Below are positions 26,401 through 37,499 of a stretch of 64,000 nt of DNA, piece by piece. The first letter of the stretch is position 1, and each line of letters starts with the position of its first letter. Made by a program: the position numbers and the translations under genes. The DNA is from Microthyrium microscopicum (Eukaryota): contig MU004233.1 in the NCBI GenBank assembly GCA_010405405.1, forward strand, positions 2,582,539 through 2,646,538, given 5' to 3'. The notes beneath the pieces were generated by a model. The model searched no databases. It was not told where the DNA came from and saw only the letters and a program-made list of their open reading frames with translations.

Positions 26401-27403
26401 CAGCCTGCTCTCCTACTATTTGAGCCAGACGATGATCCATTTGCTGAAAAGATCGAATCCGTCTCTACAAACGATTCACAAAACTGCCCAGGAACTGATC
26501 GACAATAACCCCTCAACCTGTTTAGTTTGTGCCAAGGATTTGAAAGTCACACTTTGGAAACCATCTACCTGCTCAAAAGCATGCTCAAAAGCCTTCCGTA
26601 GAGCTCCTCTAGAAGTACGACTTCACAATCTTCTCGTTGACCCATCGACCCTCGATCTTCTTTTAACCAGCCTATATCTTGCTGTCAGCGACCCCAATCA
26701 CGTCCGCTTCAATCTGCTACAAGACTGCCCCATCCCTACTACCCAGCTCGTGTCGCTCATCGACTCCTTTCCCGCCCTCTCGGTCCTCGCGGCCGCCAAA
26801 GATCTCCCAAGCGCTCTCTACGGTACCGATGGTCTCGGCTCCCAACGCGAGCTGCTACTCTCTTGGATTTGCATAGCCTTTCGTGGTTTCATGATGAAAG
26901 CTTCTGACCGCTACAAGATCCATGGTATGGCCAACACTGAGCAATTCCTCATGCTCAACAGCCATCATGAGCGCGAGTCTTTATTCGCCGCTCAATCTCC
27001 CAATAGCCCCGGTGGTGTCGTCTTCCATGGCACGCAGCCTGCTCGCTTGTTCTCTGTACTTACCCAGGGTCTCAAAGTCATGAGCCACACTGCTCCAGTC
27101 AATGGTGCGAGTTATGGCGCTGGTATATATTGTGCAGACGAGCCGGCAACTTCAAATGCTTACGCGGGTGCGATCGTGACGAGCTGGAAGCACAGTGCGC
27201 TGAATGGGATGCGGGTGATGCTGGGGTGCGAGTTGGCGGGTCATGCGTTGTCGTCGAGCTTTCATGTTATCCCAGTAGAAGACCGGTTATTGGTTCGCTA
27301 TGTGTTTTTGCTATCGGCCACTTTTGTCCCGCCAGCGAGAGCGCATGTTGAACCGGCCATGGCGTCAGCATACTCAACGTTGAGGACAGGCTTAGCAAGT
27401 TGA
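23498..27403 (+). CDS. Large PARP-family (PARP6/8/16-like) ADP-ribosyltransferase, 1301 aa, intronless ORF
   Basis: C-terminal VFHGT...LTQGLKVMS...NGASYGAGIYCADEPATSNAYAG...VMLGCELAG...FHVIP...LLVRYVFL, preceded by CLVC...CSKAC and PLEVRL...DP...DLLL. Confidence 0.88.
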   Translation: MPFKSSRIFASVKNSLNVDKVRILSSSSTASLERWIQDIRMVADSVPGYSLDATSIQQQTLDMLRNATDSYLLSTKNRSDQFSAQFDSTLDTLVQDFTLRWPSDRLIAIFACLHLSSAGLATTHILSIRALDAEQYLTCLLICDQIRPAFIPPREIQIANSLNQVIRAKSRHIHEFGLLVERFRLMETRHWLDSGVVEHLLARYDIAGRMWHEINVLLENRRLHTLYGVVAWRHSLPADNAAIMSIINSSFPHLPWILTWRPHVQRIKQWEEASFAIEDRRRLERVFDFDGPDVTSSGQQSKLSLAARGSYKHVPVQPETPETHEKLLQLLSDAQRAGQGMVKIFIQLCVENCADEKAMSMVRLAIENGDSDLCDGLSLIYNALYTQKGLSNQIGELAKALSTVKSGEYADTSLIPLEQIVQQVESLLDAAQTTFREQLQSGTGEFVGMLISDLKQAVLKAVWLHKNISPQLLARLVQIPSEDVLEATFKHLYDAERTGQVADARFKDYLASTLGGQSGMSASAGHLVSFQEIQVELEFWKTNRSSTRRDLAKIISGLEDIPQATYISCLPAIIQEDDTFIEEIKHILASEKKVTCFQFSRYIARRRRNGQLLHDCWIMILGVLIQQQGQDWLPHAATRMVLVEWLGFIKDMQFLLGPIQSQLSLSWPGLTPERLDWWGHLSKHESTIQFLVEQPRTHRNIQWLYFPSRQNEIQELINLVQSHKTMPPTRKIALSYLDMDGNNVVNINTLLRSFDTLSDFPRAAFDRVVLRAQSSGIWPKNAVGALLRCWARSAELDQSACSAFQAFGVVLQISRSTHSRTHGNQVASQEIERECKEVLQDAEKLERLRWQLQRKRPKRVAALLKSLDIMDSMHGRHSDLPESLIDAVEVLSDNEYEITFPLTDLGEIQLYGRGITKKSRILRLRIRLDGKPAFCVHTSAETDSSSNQHYYWDVFDDYTNGPACSQRPSLLSYYLSQTMIHLLKRSNPSLQTIHKTAQELIDNNPSTCLVCAKDLKVTLWKPSTCSKACSKAFRRAPLEVRLHNLLVDPSTLDLLLTSLYLAVSDPNHVRFNLLQDCPIPTTQLVSLIDSFPALSVLAAAKDLPSALYGTDGLGSQRELLLSWICIAFRGFMMKASDRYKIHGMANTEQFLMLNSHHERESLFAAQSPNSPGGVVFHGTQPARLFSVLTQGLKVMSHTAPVNGASYGAGIYCADEPATSNAYAGAIVTSWKHSALNGMRVMLGCELAGHALSSSFHVIPVEDRLLVRYVFLLSATFVPPARAHVEPAMASAYSTLRTGLAS

Positions 27404-27798
27404 TCAACATAGACACTGCAGTCAATGATAAGCCTTGCCCCGGTGGAGACAGCTATCTGCAACTGCGAGAGCGTGAAAGTAACACCATATTTCCAGTGCA
27501 TCTCATGGCTCTCATCGCACTTGATGGCTACCATAGCATACACTTCGATTTGTCGAGGGCTCGTGATGTCTCTATATTGCCCCATAATCTGACGTGGGCC
27601 AGAAATTATCATCGCGTCTTCTGGCTCACCTAATACTTCATGACACACAGCAATTACTATGAGAATCTGTCTAAATGGCCTGTGCAGAGCAAGATGGTCT
27701 CCATACTGTAATGTCAAACTGGCTATTGTCAAAAGGGCATGATTATTTTCAGAAATGATGTTGAGGAAACATCACAAAGTGAAAGGTGCTTTTCATTT

Positions 27799-29100
27799 TC
27801 AAATGATTACTGAAATATCGTCTTCTGTCGGAGCATCTTGTTCTTCATATCTATACACAGGAACCCAACCTTTGTAGAGAAGTTGTAATCGTTCGAGCTC
27901 TTTCTTCATGGTCTTCCGCGTAAACTTGGGCGTATTATCAATCGAGTTTTTCTGGCCCAGCAACGCTGGAATTTTGAAGAACTCTTCCAGTGATGGAGCT
28001 GTTTTATTTCCCTGCGCGGTAGTACTTTGCATTTGCGTCCCAATGCGATTCCGCATTTCTTCAAGGGCCTCCCTATGCTTCTGGGCCAGAGGGTCTTCCT
28101 CTTTTTGGCGAGGTGGAATCAGCAAGCGAACCATGATGGTGAATGCGACACTAAATAGCTGATATGTGACCTCTCTGGCCCGGTAAATCTGGGTCAGATT
28201 TACAGGATTGCGGTTGATTTGTCCCACAATGACAACTTCGCAGAACGAGCGTATGCATAGCAGAGGGATGACAAACAAACAACGGGCCATGTACTGTAGA
28301 AGCCAAGTCAGCAATATATATCCAACTTGACTCAAGGTTCTCACCGTGATATAGTATTCATCATGTTGATTCTCGGCAGAACCAATGTAGCTTTTGTAAT
28401 CAGACGAAACATAAATCATAGCTATCGTCGTCCAGCAGAACTCCACCGCAGTGAAAGTAACGTCAAATGCGCTTCTAGCATTCGCAATAGATGCAATAGC
28501 TTTCAGGTCAGAAAATGAAAGCCAAGTAAGAGATAAAGACAAGAGCTCAATCCACTGATAGAGTCCTAGAAATAACATGATAAAGGCAATTATCGTCCCA
28601 GGGAGGAATGTAGGAGCGTCAATATCCATATACCGGTATCTTCCTATCAGTCTCCAGATTCCCCATAACATAAAGACGTCGGATAGGACTTTGAAAATCG
28701 ACAATATGGAGTCTGCAAGCATATAACTGGCAGTCACTGTCTGAGCGAGCTCTCGAACTAAACAATCCGTCCAGATCCACAGTGACCAGCTAATCCGTTG
28801 TAAGCAATCAGACACAGTGAGTACGCAATAAACAGTGCTCACATCGACAGTAATATGAGGCCAGTGTCAAGCGTCCATATTTCCTTCCAGTGCTTTGTTC
28901 GAAAGGTGAAATACACATAAGTGAAGGTAATTTGACACGTCGCAGCCAGGGAGTTGAATATCAACATTCCGATCCCTGGACGTATCGTCCCCATTGGTAC
29001 TTGGTATAGTCCCTTCATTTGACGGTAGGCCGAGGCACTTTGGGTGGTTGTTGAAAATGTCAAGATTCTAAATACAACTCTAGCAATAGCTACTACGAGC
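27799..29100 (-). CDS. Multi-pass membrane protein of unknown function; introns ~28800-28842 and ~28294-28345; start uncertain
   Basis: ORFs 28839-29063 and 27799-28842 linked by gtgagc...cag. About 6-7 hydrophobic segments and a charged C-terminal tail. Confidence 0.7.
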
Positions 29101-29387
29101 TACATGATCGATTAAAAGTCGGGCAATGTCGTCCTTCGTAATTTTGACTTCTTGTAATCATTACTTAAGGCGATACGAAGAGGTCCGTAGAAGTTTGACC
29201 TACCTAATGCTTTGTGTTCAACTAAAAGCGGGCGGCAGATTGGTGAAACGTGTAAAAGAGCTCGACTTGAGGCCGGTCCCTTCCTTTTCAAGTGATCGTA
29301 TCATTAGCCGGAAAGACTGAACTTGTAATGCATGTCTTAGTACATGCATAATCATTGAAAGTGGGGATATGCACTATAGTTCTTGGT

Positions 29388-29396
29388 TCAGCCTGA
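29388..29396. promoter_or_regulatory. TCAGCCTGA palindrome upstream of the minus-strand membrane protein gene
   Basis: Exact match in intergenic DNA. Confidence 0.6.
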
Positions 29397-29985
29397 CGAC
29401 AAGTCGTCCGGCCGGGTTATGGACTAAGTGAAGCACAGCTGAATTCTGCCTCACTATTTCTGCATCCAGCTTTGAATATCCTAGCTCTGGAACAAGAACA
29501 GTCTACTCATTTGCGTCATCTTTTCGCAGACTGCTTTTACAAGACCAACTTCCAGCGGGATCAGAAGATTGAGCCTGTTTAATGCCAGAACTTAATTTCC
29601 CCCCAATGTGGTTTCTATGTTGCAAAAAACATGTCAGCAGGGCCAAACTCACAGACAGGAAATTCTACGTAGTTCATTCAACGGGCCGACGAAGTAATTG
29701 GGACGCTTACATGAAGTATTATGTCTACCATATGCTACGATCTACCACCTGGTACCGCCTTTCCCACTAAAGTCATGAAGGTACACATAGTACATCGAAT
29801 ACGATGGAATTTGTGGCATCTTTGGTTTAGCAACACTGGTGGTGGATATCAGCGACCTTGATGAGGTTGTGTCGTCTGTTTACTTAGCAAGATATCACCC
29901 AAGCTGGTATCGTTCTCATTGGGGATAGAATTTTTGCCTTTTGTTTTTGCTGGCGGTTCCATGTAAGAAAGAACCACCTTGCTTC

Positions 29986-31492
29986 TCATAGTACAGGATA
30001 CACCTCACAAGGTACGATTGCTCTCTTAGAGTTGAGATCCAGCCGACCATCTCCAACTTTCTCAAGGCCAGGAAGTACAACCAAGTCCACAGTGACGATA
30101 CTGCCTTTGTTTGTGTTCCCATCTTCACAGTCTTGGTATTCGTCTCCAATTTGTACTGACTGATCTGGCTGCGGAATAATTAGTTGGAGCCTAGCTGGAT
30201 GAATGCCGAATTGTAAAGCAATCTGAAAGGCCAAGGCAGTAATATGATCGACCTCTTCGCGCAAGGTCTCTCGCAGGTTACCTCCCGAGAGCTGAACGAC
30301 TCCAGAGAGGAATCGCATAATCTTTTCAGAAGCATCGGATCTATTTTTCTCACTGAGACGACGTATACCAAAGTAGCCAGAGCTATTCTTATTACTGATT
30401 CTCGAGTTGATGCGTTGGAAGAGAGCAGCCCGCCACGTATTTGCTGTTGTCTCTCGACTGTATGCTGATAGATCAGTTGCGCTTCCATTGGCTGCTTAAA
30501 GGACAATTAGTATATAGCTGCAGAATGAGCGGACTTGTGCCTTACTCGGTGTGTTGTTACCATCTAGAAGATTTTGGAATGTCTCATGAATAGTGAAAAC
30601 TTGCCGCTTTGCTTCTCCAGTGCCAAAGGCGCCAAAGCCAAAAGGCGCTGAGAAGAAGTGCTCGACTAATATTGACCAGATGCGTCCTCTCAAGAAGAAC
30701 CTTGATCGCCCTCCTTCAACGCGACCAAGGAAGCCAGTGGGATCTAACTCGTTACCGAGCCTCTGACCATGGCGAATTAACAACTCAGAATGCTGTGCGG
30801 CAGTAAGTTCCTCAACTTGACGTTGCAACTCGCGAAATTGGAGTTTTAGCTTGTCATCAGGCCAATAGTCGTTATCCTTTTGGTTGACTAATAGTTGTGA
30901 GATCAGATTGTCGACTTCGTTCTTGTGATCACGATCCTTTGTTACGATGGTACTTTTATGGTTTGCATCCATCTTCATGCGTGTACTTTCATGATTGCTC
31001 TTCATTGACGATACTATCGCGGAATGCTCTTGTGACATGTCGGAGACTTGTTTGTCGTGATCTTTTTTGGCTTTTCTAGTTTCGCTATCGTGTTTCTTCT
31101 GGATGGCATCCTGCAGTTGATTAGTGCATAATCCAAGCAGCTGTCGTGACATTGGAGTATATATGCAGAGAGTAGCCTGCAACAACGAAACTTACCGCAT
31201 TGCGGATGTCAGTATTCAACTGATCAATTTTTTGCTTCGCTTCTTTGATAGTCCGATCTCTGGAAGATAGCTCATCTGCTAGCCTACGCTTTTCTCTCAA
31301 TAATGCTCGAGTGAAGTCGAACAAATCCTCTAGTAGATCCCCAGATAATCCACCCTGGATCGGGTATACACCGTCCTGGTTTCGGTGCATGAACTTGCTG
31401 ATATTGTTGCCATAACGATTATGGACGCTATCAGCTGCATTGCGAGCAATCATTTGCTCATCGCGACTGAGAAACATATCCCTGAATACCAT
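29986..31492 (-). CDS. Coiled-coil protein with a C-terminal beta-rich domain (putative GrpE-like head); introns ~31141-31195 and ~30496-30545
   Basis: Three ORFs joined by canonical splice sites. N-terminal coiled coil, WPDDKLKLQFRELQRQVE, C-terminal IALQFG...RLQLIIP...VTVDLVVLPGLEKVGDG...RAIVPCEVY. Confidence 0.8.
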
Positions 31493-31681
31493 AGTCAGAT
31501 CTTTTCGGCGATGAGATCCTCAAAAAAGTTCCAAAGCGATTTCGACTTTAGAGTCTGAATCTTGGGGGTCTATCAGACGTCAAGTCAAACTTTGATGAAG
31601 AGCTGGCTGCAAGGCGTTTTCAAGCTCAGGACTAAGGGGTTATGGCCGCCTATTGAAATAAAATACAAACCGGTATAAACC

Positions 31682-31792
31682 TCAGCCTGATCATTTCTTG
31701 GATTATGCATGTTATGATGCAGATCAGTACTTAGCGTACTTGGCTACTTGCGACGTGGCTCAGCCTTCTCCAATGTCAGGAAGTCAGCCTGA
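31682..31792. promoter_or_regulatory. Two TCAGCCTGA palindromes (31682-31690, 31784-31792) in the 461-bp bidirectional promoter
   Basis: Exact matches between the ATGs at 31492 (-) and 31954 (+). Confidence 0.65.
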
Positions 31793-31953
31793 TGAAGTTC
31801 AGAAGAAGCAAAGTACTTTTGACCCCAGTAGGAACCTTAGAGTGCATAGTGCAGGTCCTATCGCTACTGGTCATTCGTCCTGACTCAAGATAAATGACTG
31901 AAGCTGTGTCGAGCATCACTTTACCTCAACTAACTTTCGAACCTTTCGTATCT

Positions 31954-34381
31954 ATGGCCGATATTGATGCACAAACGGACAATGGGCCACGGATTGTACT
32001 AGGAATCGACTATGGAACAACGTTCACGGGTTTGTAACTGATAAACATGGCTCTGTTATGTACTAACAATGTCATCAGGTCTTGCGTGGATGCAGACCAC
32101 AGGACATGACAGTCCAGGTATAAGCAACATCAACACATACCGATCATGGCCTGCAAAGGATGCTCCAAAAGTGCCATCAGCAAAGTCATATTCCAAGGCG
32201 GAAGGAAGGTCTAGGAATTGGGGATATGATATTGATGATAAGGCTATCGTGATGCGCGTAAGTGTTGAGTGTACTGTCCATGAAGCGCGATGGGAGACAT
32301 CGAGTGTCAGGCGTGATGAGCATTGCTCGCTGACAGCCTTCCCCTGAATCTTTGCTGACAGCCTTCCCAGTGGACCAAACTTGAGCTTGAGCCTAAAGAA
32401 CATCTCCGCGAGGAATTGGCTATTCTCCAAGAACTCGTAAAAGGATTGGAACTTGTCAAAAACATAAGGACGAATCCTTTGTCAGGCGCAACGGCCGACG
32501 TTCCAGTACACGTATCTAAAAGCTCCGAAGATATCGTTCGAGATTATCTGCGTGATGTAGCCAGAGAGTGGTATCAACACGTACGAGCTCAGGGACAGTA
32601 CATCTTCAATCGAGTCCCACTGGATATAGTTATCACTCACCCAGCAGTAAGTTACAACCTAATCTTTTGATCAATCCTCTAATGTCACAAAGTCTTGGTC
32701 ATACGAAGCACGAAACAAGACGTATAGAGCAGTGCGCTCTGCGTTTTCGAAGGTCATGTTTCCTACTTTGCGAAATGTTTCGTTTGTATCGGAGCCAGAG
32801 GCCAGTGCTTTGACTCTGGTTCAAGACCTGCTCTCAAAAGATCGAAACTCTTTCATACCCGGAGAGAGCTTTGTCCTTTGCGACGCTGGTGGTGGCACAG
32901 TTGTAAGTCTCCCGTGACAGGATTGCGGTTCTGCATATCTAATGTCTTGATAGGATCTGGTTTCCTACAGAATTGACCGAATTGAGCCGTTGAAACTCAC
33001 CCGAGTGGGTACAATTTCAGGCTCCAAAGGTAAGATGGCCTTGTGGAAACTCACATTTCTTGACGACACTCACTCTGGTCTTGAGTTTATACTAACGAAT
33101 TCGATCTACAGTGGGGGCCATCTTCGTCGATCGGGCGTTCCTGGAATGGGCAGATGTTAGACTCAAAAACCTAAATCTCGCTCCAAGTGATTACGGAAAC
33201 GGCGGACACTTTGCGATCACACCGGCCGGGAAAGCATTCCTTGACAGATTCGAAAGAATCAAGCATGCTTTCAATGGGACAGGAGGTGGAGAGGTTCAGC
33301 TTCCTCGCGGCACTGAAGTGGAGGAAGCATATCAAGAGAGTTGTGCTAGCGGCGTGCTCACTTTGACTAAGTACGTATTTTATACTTGCAACTTTGCTAT
33401 GCTGACGCATGTTTAGAGAGGATGTTAGCGGAATGTTCGAAAAGAGTGTAAGAGGCACTGTAGAATTGATTGCTCGACAAATTGTTCTCGTAGAACAAGA
33501 GGAGTATGATGGGGAGAGGTGTGATGTCAAGGTGAGTTTGAATGCCCCAAGCAGGTCGCCCGGTATGCTAATTAATTCGAAGAACATATTCCTGTCAGGT
33601 GGTTTTGCAGAAAGCCCGTATTTATACCAGCAGGCCAAAGACTTTGCTGACACAAAAGCAATCGATTTACAGAGAGCTGATGATTGGTAAGTCGGCCTAG
33701 ACTTAGCACACAGGTTTGGACTAACCAAGACTTGTAGCTGGAGCGCTGTCGTTAGAGGAGCAGTACTCAAAGGTATGGGCGTAGGGGCAGATCTTCCAGA
33801 ACGAGTCAAAGAATGCCCAAGGCACTACGGCATATGTGTTTCAGATGTATTCGCGGCTTGGAAATACGATGGTACAGATACTGTGAAGAACACCTATAAC
33901 GCCTCGCAGATGGTACACCATCAGGTCTCGTGGCTTATCAAGAAAGGTGACGTGATACTTCCAGACAAAGCTATCAAAGCCAAGCTGCGAGTGGTTTGTC
34001 AGTTTACAGACAGTCACGTCAAGGCCGGCGAGACTGTTCGAGTTATATTTGCCGCCACCAACCAAGCTAGTCCATCTAGGAATTTGCCTGATCTTCCAAT
34101 CGGTAAGTTGTCAAATCCAGAATGAGGTTGAACTAACAAAATCTGTAGATAAGAATGAGGTGGTTTCTTTAGACGTTGACCTCAGTAAGCTTCCTAGAAA
34201 CAAAGAGTGTAAAATGGAGAGAGCAGAAGGAAGAGGAAAGTACTACCAGGTGAATCTCGTTGCAGAGCTAGAAGTCAGACATCGAGTGACGGCGAGATTG
34301 ATGCTGGGAGATACAGTATTGGCTAAGCATACTACAACTCTGAATGGGAGTAATCAGGGCACCACTAGAGTAGCTCCTTAA
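31954..34381 (+). CDS. Atypical Hsp70 (HSPA12-like actin-fold ATPase), ~8-9 introns
   Basis: IVLGIDYGTTFTG (phosphate 1), KVPS, WTKLEL, IVITHPA, SEPEASA, VLCDAGGGTVDLVSY (phosphate 2), CGAIFVDRAF, IFLSGGFAESPYL (adenosine), SWSAVVRGAVLKG. No EEVD tail. Confidence 0.92.
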
Positions 34382-34425
34382 ATATCTATAACTGAAATAT
34401 ACTCTCTTTATGACTAATTAGAATG

Positions 34426-35569
34426 TTAGATGTTCTGGACCTTGACTACGACTTTACCCTTTGCACGTTGACTGGCCATCCGTTCGTATGCCTACATCAA
34501 TTTAAATGGTTAGATCTGGTAAGAATGCGGTGACTCGAGGCGAGGTTGCTTACCTGTAGAGCATCTTCCATCTCGTATACTTTGTCAACCGCAACGATCA
34601 ACTTGTCTTCTTCAATAAGCTTCGCTAGGTACTGTCTCGTCTTCTGATCTGGGTTTGTTTGTTGGAAGATGTAAGTTCTAGGTGTTCCACCCAGAAGCCG
34701 CGGCCATAGACTATTTTTTGCTGCACACCATAAGCCCTTTACTATTCCTTCCATGGCTCCAACATTGACGAATTTTCCATCTGCTTTGAGAAAGCCCGGA
34801 CTATTCTGGAAGAGCTCATCTGTGCCTATCGTATCCAGAATAACATCGAACGGCTCTGAACCATATTTTTCGGAGAGATAGGTATGCAGCGGAGCATGCA
34901 CACGGTAGTCGATGACCTGGATTTTCGAAGTAAGCAATAATTTACAAGGATAAAGGCGCGAAAACCAACCTCATCAGCGCCTAGCTTCTTTACCAGATCA
35001 AAGTTTTCCCCTGCTCCAGTTGCTACAACATATGCTCCCTCAGCCTTTGCAATCTGAAGCGCTAGAGTACCCACTCCGCCACTGCCTCCATTGACAAACA
35101 CCCTACTCCCTTTCTTGATCCCTGCAGTCCGTACCATCAGTGCTGCGGTTTGCCCATTCCCATCTAGTGATGCTGCCTCTGCAAATCCAAATGCTGTTGT
35201 TTGCGGCATCTGTAGCACATGAATGGCAGGCAGCATGACGTACTCGGCTAGTGTGCCTGTGCCATGGAGGAGAAATGTTGAGATTGGAACTGAGCCAAAC
35301 GCTCTAGTGCCGGGGGTAAATTCTGCTGGCGCATCAGGTCCAGCGAGTTCGATGATGCCAGAAAAGTCAAGTTCGGGGATGTATGGACGTGACAGCAGAG
35401 GGAGCGAGGGAAAGACCTTGATGGCGTGTGAGATGCCTGGAGTTAGCGCAGAGTGTGATACTTTGATGAGCAGATTGGATCTAGTAGGAGACGAAGGCTT
35501 CGACAGGTCCGTTTCCAATTTGAGAACCACTGATGGCGGTCCGCGAGTACGAAATGTCCAGGCGCGCAT
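34426..35569 (-). CDS. MDR-superfamily NAD(P)H quinone oxidoreductase / zinc-independent ADH-like protein; 2 introns
   Basis: PELDFSGIIE, GTLAEYV, VFVNGGSGGVGTLALQIAK, LGADE|VIDY, FDVILDTIG, last exon AYERMASQRAKGKVVVKV. Confidence 0.92.
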
Positions 35570-36360
35570 TGTGATGGAAATGATGCGAAGCGACTTTCAA
35601 AAACTCGTGGAGCTCACTGTGACCCAAATCCTCAAAGATTGGTATATTTTATTGAAGGCTGTAACATAAACATCAGATGGCTACTCTACTACTTCTTGTC
35701 AACTTCTCCGACCTGTCCGACTTGTCCGAGTTGCCCAATCGTTGAAGCATCCACCCCCTGAAATTCTAACATGTGGCGGTGCGGTTTGCTCAGCCACAGG
35801 AGATTTTCCATTCATCGGGCCCAGCTCATGAACTCCTAAGTTCTTAAGAGTTCTGTCTGTCAAAGTAAACTTCTATGTAGTACTCACTCCTGAACTTAGA
35901 GTGAAAATAGTTTGTCTATTCCACTCTATGATAGCAGTTGATGCAATCGTAAGCTGAAGAACACTCACATGTTCGAAACAGAAAGCACGATGTGCTCCAT
36001 CGTACTATAATCAAAGAACTGATTAGCTGCTAGACATTGTATTGCTTTGGGAACCGCTCTATTGCGACATCATACAAAATATCAATTCCAAGTGCATCAA
36101 CTGGCCAACCCTCGCAAGGTTGACTTCCCCACATGCAGCCCAAGCCAGCCTGATGCATATCCGCCTTGTTTGCTAGAGTGCCAAATGAGCTAAAGTAAGC
36201 TTCAATGCAGCTGTTGTCTCGGTCAGTAACCTCGAGTTCAATTGGAGATATTAATGGCCAAAGTATGGGGCAATTGGTCCTCATGCTACAAACCGTTTGC
36301 GGTGGAAAATCAAGGATAGAAATGACTAAAGACTCTTCCCACTCTTCGCTAGCGTTCTTT

Positions 36361-36407
36361 TCAGCCTGATGGCATGCATGCGATATCGTTCTTTAGATTC
36401 AGCCTGA
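36361..36407. promoter_or_regulatory. Two TCAGCCTGA palindromes (36361-36369, 36399-36407), each preceded by cgttcttt
   Basis: Exact matches ~150-190 bp upstream of ATG 36557. One-mismatch copy CCAGCCTGA at 36145. Confidence 0.65.
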
Positions 36408-36556
36408 CGAAAGTATCGAAAACATTGGAGTCCCCGCATGCCACGAACTGAATGCCGTGGCAGTATGTCTTTGACTCCTTGGGTCACTAAGCGTGCTCAA
36501 ATACAATACGGGAAACTTGATTGAGCAGACTGTATTCTTCCTCTTGCTCATGCATC

Positions 36557-37499
36557 ATGGAAGCGTGGCACTTCTTCAATTATACAGTTCAAAGCCCACT
36601 CATCTCCCTCCTCTATACCACCGAGCGTTGGAATCTAGCACCATTTCCTGCCAACCTTGCAGCAACTTCCTCTCACTTTAGCAATCTTTCGACTCCAAAC
36701 GGCTCCATCCAGGCCTGGACACTTCCCTACTCGCCATCTGAGCAGTGGTCTACTCTTCCCGAAGGTTGGACAGCCGACGGCCCAGACCAGAACATAAACA
36801 GCGACCCCCTCACCATCACCAACACCACATACATTTGCTCAACGCCTCACAACAACAGCTGCCTCATCCTAATCGAAGGCATCGGAGCCAACACAATCGG
36901 ACCAACCCACAGCTCCATAACATCACTCACCCACGGCCTCGGATTCCTCTTCGCCCTCATCTTCGCCACCCTCTTCACGATCATGGGCTCCAAAAACAGC
37001 AAACTACCACAACCAGAAATGGCACACCACGAAGCCATCCGCACCAACTACACACCCGCCCCAGTGGCCAGACACGTCTCCACAGCACCACCACCCCATC
37101 AACAACAACCCCCCCCTCCCAAACGCCAGTCCACCATCCAACAACCCCAAGAGTACAAAGGCGTCTCACCCAACTCCCTAACCTCCGAAATCGCCCACTG
37201 CGCCAGCCTACTCCGCGAACTATATGCCCTAGATCTCAGGTAAGCCTCCATTCCCCCGTCTTCAAAATCACAACAAATCGTTAACCAACACCAGCATATG
37301 GGGCATGCAGAACTGTGTCCGCGACGAAATCCCCCGCCGGCAAACAATGGAGCGCAAAGCCAACGCGCTATTTCGCGAAATCCGGCGCATGACCGGAGAA
37401 TGGCGCGCAAGCGTTGGATCACGCTGGAGTATGGAGGATCGGCAGGCGGTGGAGACGATTTGGCGGGCGGTGCATGAGCATCCAGAGACGAGATATTGA
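36557..37499 (+). CDS. Single-pass membrane protein with a Pro/Gln linker and helical C-terminal domain; intron 37240-37294
   Basis: MEAWHFFNY..., TM GLGFLFALIFATLFTIMG, spliced LRELYALDLS-IWGMQNC...KANALFREI...W...W. Confidence 0.75.

Noticed and set aside
21429..37499. Starship or other giant transposon
   Set aside because: No DUF3435 tyrosine recombinase or boundary repeats were seen.
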